Positions 1 through 7,474 of a DNA stretch of 36,264 nt are shown here, piece after piece. Location of the stretch: IMG/VR virus record IMGVR_UViG_3300024518_003409, positions 1-36,264 of that record; one strand, given 5' to 3'. The translations under genes were made by a program, and so were the position numbers. The DNA is from a virus. Taxonomy: Duplodnaviria > Caudoviricetes. Position 1 is the first letter of the stretch. Each line of letters opens with the position of its first letter. Below the pieces are notes generated by a model that was given only the letters and a program-made list of their open reading frames with translations, was not told where the DNA came from and ran no database searches.

Positions 1-136
1 CATCTCTACCCCTCCTCTTCAATCAACGCATCGGCGAGGGCTTCTGGGGAGTCATAAACAGACTGCACGAATGCCCCAGTGTGGATGGTTGTCCAAGCCC
101 TCTCCATCCCATACTGCGGCGGGATGCGGTTCCATA
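1..136. repeat. 136-bp terminal direct repeat (identical to 36129-36264 and 1313-1448)
   Basis: Read directly: CATCTCTACCCC...GCGGTTCCATA is identical in all three places. Consistent with a circular assembly overlap that falls in an internal repeat. Confidence 0.95.
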
Positions 137-416
137 CGTGTACGCGCCCTTCACCCATCAACGCATCCCACCGAGCCGCCTTTGTTTTCGCCTCTGCTAG
201 TCGGGCTTCTTCCTCCTTGAGGAGTAACGCCATGTCGAGCACCTTCCCCCTGGCTGCCGCAACCTCTTTTTCGAGTTCAGCGATGCGGCCCTCTAGCGGG
301 AGGATGTCCGGGGCGCACTCGGGGCAAATATTTCCGCACTCGCATGAACTCATGCCTTTGCATAGATCGCATATGGCCACCCTCAATCCTCCATCGCCCT
401 GTTCGTATCGCTGCAT
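6..416 (-). CDS. Mosaic accessory protein (MQRYEQGD start, Cys-rich Zn module, RIAELE coiled coil, shared C-terminal domain); Ea22/Ead-like style
   Basis: ATG at 416 follows GGAGGGGTAGAG (SD plus upstream stop). CxxC..CxC..CxxC cluster. C-terminal ~62 aa nearly identical to that of 1318-1836. Confidence 0.75.
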   Translation of the reverse strand: MQRYEQGDGGLRVAICDLCKGMSSCECGNICPECAPDILPLEGRIAELEKEVAAARGKVLDMALLLKEEEARLAEAKTKAARWDALMGEGRVHVWNRIPPQYGMERAWTTIHTGAFVQSVYDSPEALADALIEEEG

Positions 417-418
417 CT

Positions 419-1315
419 CTACCCCTCCTCTCCTTGCCACTCGGGCAATTCATTAATAGCTCGCACGTACCTCTCGCCGATAGTTGGGTTCGGATAGCGA
501 CTGCCTCCCCAATGGTCCAACGCCTCAGGGACAAAGAACGACCGGCAGCCGCTATGGATCACCCAGCCCGTTGCCGTCTCTGATACTATCGGCGTGTAAC
601 CTCGCGGATCAGCCATATCTAAGAAGGCAACACCGACTGCATAGCGGAGATTTGCATTTTGGAGATTTGCATAGCTGAGATCTGCATTGCGGAGATCTGC
701 ATAGCTGAGATCTGCATTGCTGAGATCTGCATTGCGGAGATCTGCATAGCGGAGATTTGCATTGCGGAGATTTACACTGTGGAGATCTGCATAGCGGAGA
801 TTTGCATTGCGGAGATTTGCATTGCGGAGATTTGCATTGCGGAGTTCTGCATTGCGGAGAATTGCATTGCGGAGAATTGCATTGCGGAGTTCTGCATTGC
901 GGAGAATTGCATTGCGGAGTTCTGCATAGCTGAGATCTGCATTGCGGAGATCTGCATAGCTGAGATCTGCATTGCTGAGATCTGCATTGCGGAGATCTGC
1001 ATAGCGGAGATTTGCATTGCGGAGATTTACACTGTGGAGATCTGCATAGCGGAGATTTGCATTGCGGAGAATTGCATTGCGGAGAATTGCATTGCGGAGT
1101 TCTGCATTGCGGAGAATTGCATTGCGGAGAATTGCATTGCGGAGTTCTGCATTTTGGAGATTTGCATAGCGGAGATCTGCATAGCTGAGATCTGCATAGC
1201 TGAGATCTGCATTGCTGAGATCTGTATTGCTGAGACCTGCTTGCGCCCCCGTGTCGGAGTCGCTTACCCATAACTCATGCGCTCGCAGTATCTCTCTGAG
1301 TTTTTCTTGGTTCAT
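419..1315 (-). CDS. Pentapeptide-repeat protein
   Basis: About 40 A(D/N/E/I)L(R/S)(Y/N) repeats. Typical N-terminus (LREILRAHELW) and C-terminal cap (IHSGCRSF..EALDHW). SD at the junction motif. Confidence 0.95.
   Translation of the reverse strand: MNQEKLREILRAHELWVSDSDTGAQAGLSNTDLSNADLSYADLSYADLRYANLQNAELRNAILRNAILRNAELRNAILRNAILRNANLRYADLHSVNLRNANLRYADLRNADLSNADLSYADLRNADLSYAELRNAILRNAELRNAILRNAILRNAELRNANLRNANLRNANLRYADLHSVNLRNANLRYADLRNADLSNADLSYADLRNADLSYANLQNANLRYAVGVAFLDMADPRGYTPIVSETATGWVIHSGCRSFFVPEALDHWGGSRYPNPTIGERYVRAINELPEWQGEEG
640..1235. repeat. 15-bp tandem repeat array (GCGGAGATCTGCATT-like) with a higher-order 255-bp duplication
   Basis: Visible 15-mer periodicity. The variant unit TTTACACTGT (LHSVN) occurs at 771 and 1026. 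Confidence 0.9.
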
Positions 1316-1504
1316 CTCTACCCCTCCTCTTCAATCAACGCATCGGCGAGGGCTTCTGGGGAGTCATAAACAGACTGCACGAATGCCCCAGTGTGGATGG
1401 TTGTCCAAGCCCTCTCCATCCCATACTGCGGCGGGATGCGGTTCCATATGTGTACGCGCCCTTCACCCATCAACGCATCCCACCGAGCCGCCTTTGTTTT
1501 CGCC
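1313..1504. repeat. ~192-bp internal copy of positions 1-192 (one mismatch seen, 1449 T vs 137 C)
   Basis: Direct comparison by eye. Confidence 0.9.
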
Positions 1505-1836
1505 CTTGCTAGCGTGTCTTCGAGTTCAGCGATGCGCTCGCTCGCTGTTTCGTACAGAACCCACTCCCCGTCCGGGTCCTCTTCGAGCGTCCCCGTACAT
1601 CGCCCGGAGTCTCCATCGCAATCGCCCTGTTCGTATCGCTGCATCTCTTCGTTGTGCCGGAGCCGGCGGAATCTTTCGATCCCTTCAATATCCTTTTCGA
1701 GTTCAGCGATGCGCTCATTCGACATTTTGATTGCGTCAATAGCCTCTTTGATATCGCTGGAGTCTTCCGCGAATAGGTTCCCCTCGTTATGTAGCCGACA
1801 CTGCATCGCTGCGAGATCTCTTAGCAACCTACTCAT
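1318..1836 (-). CDS. Mosaic accessory protein (two RIAELE modules, internal MQRYEQGD module, shared C-terminal domain)
   Basis: ATG at 1836 after GGGGTAGAG. Shares exact DNA blocks with 6-416 and 35883-36131. Confidence 0.75.
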   Translation of the reverse strand: MSRLLRDLAAMQCRLHNEGNLFAEDSSDIKEAIDAIKMSNERIAELEKDIEGIERFRRLRHNEEMQRYEQGDCDGDSGRCTGTLEEDPDGEWVLYETASERIAELEDTLARAKTKAARWDALMGEGRVHIWNRIPPQYGMERAWTTIHTGAFVQSVYDSPEALADALIEEEG

Positions 1837-1838
1837 CT

Positions 1839-2174
1839 CTACCCCCTCCCATACTTCGCAACCCACCACTCAGGTGGTGGTCCGGGTGCCAGGCCTTGGA
1901 TGTGCCAGCCCCAGTCGTCGTACTTCACCGCCCAGAACCCTCGGTGCTTGAGTTCAGCAAAGGTCAGCCCTCTAGCGGCTTTATGCTCGTACAGGTAGTC
2001 GCGTGCCATCCCGATCATATGTTTACTTTCGAGGTGGCCAAATACCTTGGCGTTATGCGAAGGGGACCGGAACCCGCTTGTTTGCGAAATCTCTTCCCCC
2101 CAGATCGCCTCTAACTCGCGGCAAGCTGCATCGAATTCGGCCGGCGTCATTGGCTGGCGGATGTCTTGGGTCAT
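1839..2174 (-). CDS. Peptidase M15A-like Zn peptidase (candidate endolysin)
   Basis: SGFRS..HN.KV.G...S.H..G.A.D ... WHI pattern of Peptidase_M15 (H, D, H zinc ligands). SD GAGGGG upstream. Confidence 0.8.
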   Translation of the reverse strand: MTQDIRQPMTPAEFDAACRELEAIWGEEISQTSGFRSPSHNAKVFGHLESKHMIGMARDYLYEHKAARGLTFAELKHRGFWAVKYDDWGWHIQGLAPGPPPEWWVAKYGRG

Positions 2175-2188
2175 GCTGATCTCTTCCC

Positions 2189-2355
2189 CTCTGTGTCTGG
2201 CGTGTGTCTGGCGATATCAAGCGAGCGCAACTGCCCGCTATCACAACAGATTCCGCGCTGGTCCCGTGGTTCGAATCCACTACGCCCCACCACGCAAGCC
2301 CCCGGAATCATTAGCTTTTAGCCTCTGCCAACTCTGTGTCTGGCTTGTGTCTGGC
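2189..2355. mobile_element. Putative attP: tRNA 3'-end core (2266-2292) flanked by paired arm-type repeats TGTGTCTGGC (2192-2201, 2203-2212, 2335-2344, 2346-2355)
   Basis: GTGGTTCGAATCCACTACGCCCCACCA reads as T-arm, acceptor 3' strand and CCA. Four identical 10-mers in two pairs. Immediately downstream of the integrase. Confidence 0.85.
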
Positions 2356-3492
2356 TCCAGCGAGAGCCTCTAGCTTTTGAGTTGCCCGAGCTCGGCGCTG
2401 AGTCTTCTCGAGGTCATAAATCATCGTAGTGCTGGCGCTCTTATGCCGGAACGCTGCCTGTAAATCATCGCGCGATAGTCCCGATTCGAGGAGCGCTGTG
2501 CCCGGTGAATGTTTGAGCGCTCGATAGATGCTCACATACTCAACACCCGCATCGGTGCACGCTGTGATCCATCGATTGCGTAGAGCCTTCTCGCTATAGG
2601 CTGTGCCTGATCGCGGATTGATGAAGAGCGGCGCGCGCTTCTGGAGGCGATCGGTTCCACGGTGCTTTGCTATCCAGTCGCGGAGCTCGGCGGGCAGAGG
2701 GTAGTCCCCTGATTCCTCTGTCTTGGTGCTGCCTCGCTTGGGCGCGACTCCGCTCTTACTCTTCAGGGCCTCCTGAATCGTAAGGACTCCAGTCTTGAAA
2801 TCATAGCTTCCGACAGTTATCCCGCGCGCCTCTCCTGGCCTGCACATCGTATAGAGCGAGCACAGGAAAATGCCTTGATCCTCTTCGGGGATCGCAGCGA
2901 CGACTGAGAGCACATCAGAGAAAGCCATAGCCTGCCGCCTCGTCTTAGGCACCTTCACTGCCGGCCAGATGATGTCTGGCACCTTCGGGCTCCCCTCGCG
3001 GTAATGCCTGAACGCTGCGCGCAGAGGCACCATCGCGTTCTTGATAACCTTCGGGCTACACCCTGCCGAGCGGCGCTCTGCTATCCAGTCGCGCACGTGC
3101 GGGGTCGTAACGTCTGAAATCACTTTCCCATCCCAGAAGCCGAAATGGTTTCTCAGGCTCTTGTCATAGTCGTAGAGTGTCCATGGCTGGAGCTCGCCTT
3201 CTGCCCAGGCTCTCCAGCGTGCTATATGCGTCGCGATAAGATTAGGCTTCGAGGCGCCCACGCGATATCGGCCAACTGCGTCGAGTAGCGAGAGCTCGAG
3301 ATCTTCGACCATTGTGCAGATCCGCAATCTCGTTCTCTCTGCGTCGCGCTCATCATCAAAGCGCTGGCCGTGCGCTCCGTTCAAAAATCTGTCTGAGCCC
3401 TGTAACTGCGGTGAGAAATCAATCCTCCACTGCACGAGCTCGCTCCCGTCTTTGCGCCGGCTGCGGCGGCTTCGCACCTTTCCATACTCCAT
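2311..3492 (-). CDS. int: Tyrosine recombinase / phage integrase
   Basis: Core-binding region (TLYDY..SLRNH; SPKVIKN..VPLRA), box I CRPGE, K in STKT, variant box II YRALKHS..RH..TTMIY. Start 3492 chosen for its SD; the ORF is open to 3579. Confidence 0.9.
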   Translation of the reverse strand: MEYGKVRSRRSRRKDGSELVQWRIDFSPQLQGSDRFLNGAHGQRFDDERDAERTRLRICTMVEDLELSLLDAVGRYRVGASKPNLIATHIARWRAWAEGELQPWTLYDYDKSLRNHFGFWDGKVISDVTTPHVRDWIAERRSAGCSPKVIKNAMVPLRAAFRHYREGSPKVPDIIWPAVKVPKTRRQAMAFSDVLSVVAAIPEEDQGIFLCSLYTMCRPGEARGITVGSYDFKTGVLTIQEALKSKSGVAPKRGSTKTEESGDYPLPAELRDWIAKHRGTDRLQKRAPLFINPRSGTAYSEKALRNRWITACTDAGVEYVSIYRALKHSPGTALLESGLSRDDLQAAFRHKSASTTMIYDLEKTQRRARATQKLEALAGARHKPDTELAEAKS

Positions 3493-3585
3493 ATACTCAT
3501 CCCCCCTCAAGGGCCTAGCTGGAACGCTAGACCCCTGAAGGGTTGCACTCGCTGCGGGAGTATGCAAAAGAGCAGACATGACAGG

Positions 3586-3978
3586 CTAGAGGCGCTCTGC
3601 GCCCATTAGTGAGCGATCCTCTTCGGCGGCTTCTGCCCATTCGCGATGGAGCGCGGTAGCTATCCTCCTCTTCTCCTCCGCGAGTCGATCCATCTCTTCC
3701 CTAATCATCGCGCTGAATGGCTGATCGGCAAGGGCTTCGAGAGTCTCTCTGCCTATTGGGAATTCGTAGAGCTCGAGGTTCAGCCCGTGGTTATCCAAGA
3801 ACTCAACCAGTTCCCGATTCTCGAGCCCCTCCTCCGCGAGCCTATGGGTGAGAGCGTTCGACTCTGCAAGCTGGCTCTCTAGATCCTTGATCGTTGACTC
3901 GTACTCTCGGGTGGCAATCTCGATGCCACTCTCTAGAGCGTCGTACATTTCGCGCGATACGGTGTCCGTGGACATCAC
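3586..3978 (-). CDS. Hypothetical coiled-coil protein
   Basis: 130-aa ORF, SD GGAGGGG, overlaps the upstream stop. Confidence 0.65.
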   Translation of the reverse strand: MMSTDTVSREMYDALESGIEIATREYESTIKDLESQLAESNALTHRLAEEGLENRELVEFLDNHGLNLELYEFPIGRETLEALADQPFSAMIREEMDRLAEEKRRIATALHREWAEAAEEDRSLMGAERL

Positions 3979-4118
3979 TTCCCCTCCTTCTTCTCAATGA
4001 TTCGCTCCATCGCTGAAGCGATCCTCTCGACGGCTTCAGCCAGGGCGTCTAGTGCCTCCAGCCATCCTGTGTTGTGCGCGATCTCTTTGAGCTTCTCGCT
4101 ATCTCGTGGCTCTAGCAT
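3975..4118 (-). CDS. Small hypothetical protein (47 aa; ORF open to 4247)
   Basis: Strong SD GGAGGAGG 8 nt before ATG 4118. Confidence 0.55.
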   Translation of the reverse strand: MLEPRDSEKLKEIAHNTGWLEALDALAEAVERIASAMERIIEKKEGK

Positions 4119-4395
4119 CGCCGCAACCTCCTCCAGTGTCTCGATTAGTTGGTGAACCACTGACTCCACTTCGCACTCTGCGAGCAGAGGTAGACGCTTC
4201 TCTGAGTTGTGTAACTCGATCTCGTGTGGCCCAGTATGTTTCTCCATGCTCTTCTTTCCACTTTGCGAGCCAATGGCGCTCTCCGCATCGAGGGGAGCAG
4301 TATCGAGCGATCTCGCTATTCGGCGACCTCGAGTGGCGCGGCCGCGTGTGTAGCTCGTTGCAATACTCGCAGGGCTGCGGCGGGCGGTTAGTCAT
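4099..4395 (-). CDS. Zn-finger protein (CxxC...YCSxxC)
   Basis: ATG 4395 overlaps the end of the exonuclease gene. Motif resembles 10577-10843. Confidence 0.6.
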   Translation of the reverse strand: MTNRPPQPCEYCNELHTRPRHSRSPNSEIARYCSPRCGERHWLAKWKEEHGETYWATRDRVTQLREASTSARRVRSGVSGSPTNRDTGGGCGDARATR

Positions 4396-5137
4396 CGAAT
4401 TGCACATCAGCCAGAGGCCCCCAGCACCACTCTTTGCGGTCGCACCACTTACACAGCGGGCAAGACTTGTTTTTCGCTTCGGGCGGCTTTGCTGGCGCGC
4501 TAGTGGCTTCGATGATGCGTGAGGCTTTCTCAATCTGGCTTTTAGCCTTCTTGTGATTGCCTGCGATTCGCTCAGCGTGTATCCGAGAATCCTCCTTGCA
4601 GTAGACCACAGCGAGAGCATCCACTAGCCCGGAGTAGTGCATATAGAGATGCACTTGCGCGGAGTAGGTTGGATTCCAGTCCTCGTACCCGACCTCGAGC
4701 AACTCATCAAACTTGCGTGTGTTACTGCTCTTGATTTCGAGGAGTGACCAATTCGCCTTGTCACTGATACGGATCAGCCCGTCGGTGTGCCCGACTAACT
4801 TGTCGTCAAAATCAGATATTCTCCACTGTTCCCCAGTGGCTGGATCGACTTCGGCTACTGCAAAACCTGCAAGCTTGAGCAGGCTCACCACGTGATCTTC
4901 TACCACGTTCCCATGCTCGAAGAGGGTTAGAATGCGGCCGCTAAACTCGCGGCCAGGGTCATTCGCTACGCCGTGGAGCCCTGCCCATAGATTGCGCTCG
5001 CACCCCCCGAGCTGACTCATACCGAGGCGCCCGTCACGAGATGAAGGCTTTGAGTTTTTCTCAAGCATCGCCTCGTGAATGCGCGCTTCGATATGCGGCT
5101 TTATGTTGACTCGGAGAGATGAGGGCAACTTGGCCAT
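4388..5137 (-). CDS. Cas4-like PD-(D/E)XK exonuclease
   Basis: N-terminal Cys (GGCER), GHTDG, LEIKS, QxxLY, and C-terminal C..CKWC....C cluster. Confidence 0.85.
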   Translation of the reverse strand: MAKLPSSLRVNIKPHIEARIHEAMLEKNSKPSSRDGRLGMSQLGGCERNLWAGLHGVANDPGREFSGRILTLFEHGNVVEDHVVSLLKLAGFAVAEVDPATGEQWRISDFDDKLVGHTDGLIRISDKANWSLLEIKSSNTRKFDELLEVGYEDWNPTYSAQVHLYMHYSGLVDALAVVYCKEDSRIHAERIAGNHKKAKSQIEKASRIIEATSAPAKPPEAKNKSCPLCKWCDRKEWCWGPLADVQFDD

Positions 5138-5167
5138 GGGCAGGGCTCCTTTGGCTTGCGGTGGCGG

Positions 5168-5683
5168 TTAGAAAGGCACGTCGCCTGCGCTTACAGGCGC
5201 AGTGGCTCGGCTTGGCGCTGGCTTGTCAGACGGGACGCCAGACCTCGGCACTGCATCAGGCGGCGCTGAGTATCCGCCTAAAGAGTTCTCGTAGCCGTCT
5301 GCGTCTGCGTGCTCGCCCTTTGTCTTCTTGCGATTGACGAAAAGCATAAAGGGCATACCGTGGAGCTCGCAGGTGTCCTCGATCTTGTTGGGGTCTGGGT
5401 GGCTGACAGCTCGCGCGAGCTCTTTCAGCCGAGTGCGTGCGATACGTGCAACGGTCTCTTTCGGGTGTCCCGTCACGAGGTAATCCTTCTGGCCGTTGCC
5501 TTCTTGCGGGCCATCCAGGCACACCATCTCGAGCACCACCATTTGATCGCCTGCCTTGCTCGTGGTCACGTCGCTACCCGTCACCATCATGCGATACTCG
5601 CCTTTATCCCAAGCTTTCCAGCTTCCGCCTGTGTTCATCTCGCTGTCATCGATGTCTGAAAAATCCATCCCTAGATGCGCCAT
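5168..5683 (-). CDS. DUF669-like ssDNA-binding protein
   Basis: GEYRMMV..S....SKAG..M..LE pattern, DVPF C-terminus, location between Sak4 and exonuclease genes. Confidence 0.75.
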   Translation of the reverse strand: MAHLGMDFSDIDDSEMNTGGSWKAWDKGEYRMMVTGSDVTTSKAGDQMVVLEMVCLDGPQEGNGQKDYLVTGHPKETVARIARTRLKELARAVSHPDPNKIEDTCELHGMPFMLFVNRKKTKGEHADADGYENSLGGYSAPPDAVPRSGVPSDKPAPSRATAPVSAGDVPF

Positions 5684-5684
5684 G

Positions 5685-6476
5685 CTATGCCGCCTCCTTC
5701 TTTGTAGTGGGGGGTGTGATGCCGAGGGCCTTCATCATCTCTGCTCTAAACGCTTGGTAGGGATGCTCGAGCGGGATCGGGATTTTACCAGGGAGCCCGT
5801 AGCGATTCTTTGCGACGAAGCTCCCGTCGTCGTCAAGGTAAAGGATGCGCTCGCCAGTTGTCATCGATGTGCGAACCTGCCGCCCTTCGCTCTTTCCCTT
5901 GTCGAGCGCTACGCGCTTATGATTCAGGAATCCAATGACATCAGCCCACTCGACGAGGAGCCCGTTAGCCCTCTTGTGTAGCTTGGTCTCATACCTGCTG
6001 TAAGATCCGATCTGGGGGTCATCAATCATCGTCTTCGTGTTGTGCGCGATAACAATCGCAGTCATAGAGCGCTTGGCTCGAAGGGTGTCAAGCTGGCGAA
6101 AGAACTCTTGCCAGAGCCCGTCGGCCATCGTATAGCCCTTGCCGTAGCCGATTTCCTCAATGTTCGCTTTGCCCTTGTCTTCGCAGACAGCCTCCCAGAT
6201 CAGAGGCTCTAGCTTGTCCACGGAATCAATCGCGATGGCGCGGAAATCGTGATCACTCTCTTCGAGCTCGATGAGCGCTGTCATCACGTCATCGAGCGTT
6301 CGAGGGTGAGGCAGGTGAGGCACGTCAAGCGTTCCGAGCCCTTCCTCAATCGGCATGAACAACACCCCTTCGCAGTCTGCGGCGAATGTCGTCTTGCCTA
6401 CTCCTGGCGATCCATGGATCACGATGCGCGGCGGCTTGATGGTTGGCGTGTGAGTTATTTGGTCTAGCAATCCCAT
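5685..6476 (-). CDS. Sak4-like AAA_24 ATPase (single-strand annealing protein)
   Basis: PPRIVIHGSPGVGKTT Walker A, IAIDSVDKLE Walker B, GYGKGY, IAH, EWAD, AKNRYGLP. SD before ATG 6476. Confidence 0.9.
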   Translation of the reverse strand: MGLLDQITHTPTIKPPRIVIHGSPGVGKTTFAADCEGVLFMPIEEGLGTLDVPHLPHPRTLDDVMTALIELEESDHDFRAIAIDSVDKLEPLIWEAVCEDKGKANIEEIGYGKGYTMADGLWQEFFRQLDTLRAKRSMTAIVIAHNTKTMIDDPQIGSYSRYETKLHKRANGLLVEWADVIGFLNHKRVALDKGKSEGRQVRTSMTTGERILYLDDDGSFVAKNRYGLPGKIPIPLEHPYQAFRAEMMKALGITPPTTKKEAA

Positions 6477-6499
6477 GGGTTCCCCTTTGGGTTCGTGAG

Positions 6500-6650
6500 G
6501 CTTGCGCCCCTGTGAGCTCGCGCAGGCTCTAGGCTCTGCGCTCAAAAAGTGACTCAGCCAGCGAGGGAGGAGGTTGAAAAACCTCACCGGCTGAGTCAGA
6601 CCTCTCACTCCCCGGCCAAGGATTGCGAGAGGCAGCGGGAACACCCCGCA
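6500..6650. ncRNA. Candidate structured RNA in the intergenic gap
   Basis: 10-bp stem 6550-6559/6589-6598 enclosing the GAGGTT-GAAA-AACCTC hairpin, plus flanking hairpins. Confidence 0.4.
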
Positions 6651-6656
6651 AATCAA

Positions 6657-6917
6657 TCAGGTAAACCCGACGACATAGGCAAGTAGAGCAAGCGCGACCC
6701 ACCCGAGCGCTTGAGCGACTCGCCAACCGAGCGGAGTCAGCGTGCGCCGTACTGCCTCTATGATTTCATCGCAGCGCTCGCCTATTGTCGGTGGGTACGC
6801 AACGCGCAAATGGGCGTCGCATATGCCGTGGGTGATGTCTGGACCGTAGAGCTCCATCAGTCGCTCTCGGTCCACTTCCCTATCAACGCACCAAGAACAA
6901 ATCCAGTAATCAGCCAT
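6657..6917 (-). CDS. Hypothetical protein, CxxC/HGIC motif and C-terminal TM helix
   Basis: CSWC...THGIC; hydrophobic C-terminus; start overlaps the upstream stop. Confidence 0.7.
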   Translation of the reverse strand: MADYWICSWCVDREVDRERLMELYGPDITHGICDAHLRVAYPPTIGERCDEIIEAVRRTLTPLGWRVAQALGWVALALLAYVVGFT

Positions 6918-7363
6918 CAGATAGCCATCCTGTTCAGAATCGCGCGCGAGATCTGCAGGGCGTACACCGATCGCAGTAGAGCGAGGGCGGCGAAAGTCTG
7001 CAGATAAAAACCCTCGTGCATGATCGGGTCAGCGTCCCACCCGTAGAGGAGCTGAGTCTCTATGAATTTGAGGTGCTCGGCGGGGCCGTTGCCGTTGTCT
7101 TCGATTTCCGCTTGCAGGCATTTGTCCGAACACCAGCCGGCATCCTCACCGACCATCCCGGGCTCGCAGACTGAAAGCACGAGACCGGAAGAGTCAGCGA
7201 GGCGCTGCTCGCAATGGCGGCAGCGCGGGCAGTAAGGACACTCGATCTCGACGGTATCAAAGCCGATGCCGTCAAACTGCTGAGCGGTGGCTACCTCGTC
7301 CCAACACTCAGAGCAGTGATGCGGCAGCGTGGGATCGTAGACGATCTCGGATCTAGTTGGCAT
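6917..7363 (-). CDS. Cys-rich Zn-binding hypothetical protein (first gene of the leftward operon)
   Basis: SD GAGGAGG before ATG 7363; multiple CxxC motifs. Confidence 0.7.
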   Translation of the reverse strand: MPTRSEIVYDPTLPHHCSECWDEVATAQQFDGIGFDTVEIECPYCPRCRHCEQRLADSSGLVLSVCEPGMVGEDAGWCSDKCLQAEIEDNGNGPAEHLKFIETQLLYGWDADPIMHEGFYLQTFAALALLRSVYALQISRAILNRMAI

Positions 7364-7385
7364 GTTGACCTCCTCAGGTTCGGAG

Positions 7386-7464
7386 GTAACCATGTCGCAA
7401 AAGCTCGGAAACGTCAACAGTAAAAGAGCGATTCAGACATGGTTAGCGTTTTCGCTCAAGTCAA
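7386..7464 (-). promoter_or_regulatory. Leftward promoter region (TTGACG-17-CATGGT, 7417-7389) with GACATGGTTA motifs at 7387-7396 and 7436-7445
   Basis: Near-consensus -35 with 17-bp spacer but weak -10. The 10-mer also occurs at 8814. Confidence 0.45.
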
Positions 7465-7474
7465 AATCCTGGCG

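Noticed and set aside
609-1273. Alternative-frame repeat ORFs (EICIA, CRSPQ, MQISA)
   Set aside because: By-products of a stop-free 15-bp repeat; only 419-1315 has an RBS, non-repeat caps and the pentapeptide consensus
1-1504. Diversity-generating retroelement (TR/VR-like pair differing at one A/G on the coding strand)
   Set aside because: No reverse transcriptase or Avd gene; only one mismatch; both copies are coding
2221-2292. Complete tRNA gene
   Set aside because: Only the T-arm and 3' acceptor strand are present; no matching 5' strand, D-arm or anticodon arm
1-3492. True integron
   Set aside because: No attC-like imperfect palindromes seen; the integrase looks phage-type with a tRNA-derived attP
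4388-5137. CRISPR-Cas system
   Set aside because: Solo Cas4-like nuclease in a standard Sak4/DUF669 module; no other cas genes and no regularly spaced repeat-spacer array
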